Source: Kudoa neothunni
Taxonomy: Eukaryota > Animalia > Cnidaria
Direction: 5' to 3'
Assembly: GCA_964304625.1 (NCBI GenBank)
Contig: OZ199839.1
Location: 12,030,280 to 12,040,071, forward strand
DNA: 9,792 nucleotides
Shown: positions 9,259 to 9,792 of the stretch, piece after piece
Layout: each line of letters begins with the position of its first letter
Numbering within the stretch: the stretch's first letter is position 1
Notes under the pieces: generated by a model
The model's input: the letters and a program-made list of their open reading frames with translations, nothing else
What the model was told of the DNA's origin: nothing
The model's database searches: none
Made by a program: the position numbers and the translations under genes

Positions 9259-9792
9259 TTTAGGTTTAGGTTTAGGTTTAGGTTTAGGTTTAGGTTTAGG
9301 TTTAGGTTTAGGTTTAGGTTTAGGTTTAGGTTTAGGTTTAGGTTTAGGTTTAGGTTTAGGTTTAGGTTTAGGTTTAGGTTTAGGTTTAGGTTTAGGTTTA
9401 GGTTTAGGTTTAGGTTTAGGTTTAGGTTTAGGTTTAGGTTTAGGTTTAGGTTTAGGTTTAGGTTTAGGTTTAGGTTTAGGTTTAGGTTTAGGTTTAGGTT
9501 TAGGTTTAGGTTTAGGTTTAGGTTTAGGTTTAGGTTTAGGTTTAGGTTTAGGTTTAGGTTTAGGTTTAGGTTTAGGTTTAGGTTTAGGTTTAGGTTTAGG
9601 TTTAGGTTTAGGTTTAGGTTTAGGTTTAGGTTTAGGTTTAGGTTTAGGTTTAGGTTTAGGTTTAGGTTTAGGTTTAGGTTTAGGTTTAGGTTTAGGTTTA
9701 GGTTTAGGTTTAGGTTTAGGTTTAGGTTTAGGTTTAGGTTTAGGTTTAGGTTTAGGTTTAGGTTTAGGTTTAGGTTTAGGTTTAGGTTTAGG
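9259..9792 (+). repeat. Telomeric array (TTTAGG)89
   Basis: 534 bp of uninterrupted TTTAGG to the end of the sequence, with the G-rich strand running 5'->3' toward the end as expected for a telomere. Confidence 0.97.

Overview
Right-hand end of a eukaryotic, AT-rich chromosome. The window finishes in a perfect (TTTAGG)89 telomere (9259-9792), preceded by a degenerate ~21-bp minisatellite. The first 5.5 kb is a gap-free run of decayed DNA transposons, all coding on the minus strand: two joined FLYWCH/MULE (Mutator) transposase remnants, two different piggyBac remnants (one keeping a TTAA-CCT end) and a Helitron Rep-PIF1 helicase remnant carrying a 100-bp solo-LTR-like insertion. Further right are a second piggyBac-like end, a probable decayed short-intron host gene (weak DEG/ENaC-like motifs), a compound TCA/TCT microsatellite with a 24-bp higher-order unit and a possible Merlin/ISXO2 remnant. 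No intact protein-coding gene is supported. All family calls come from motif recognition by eye, not database searches.
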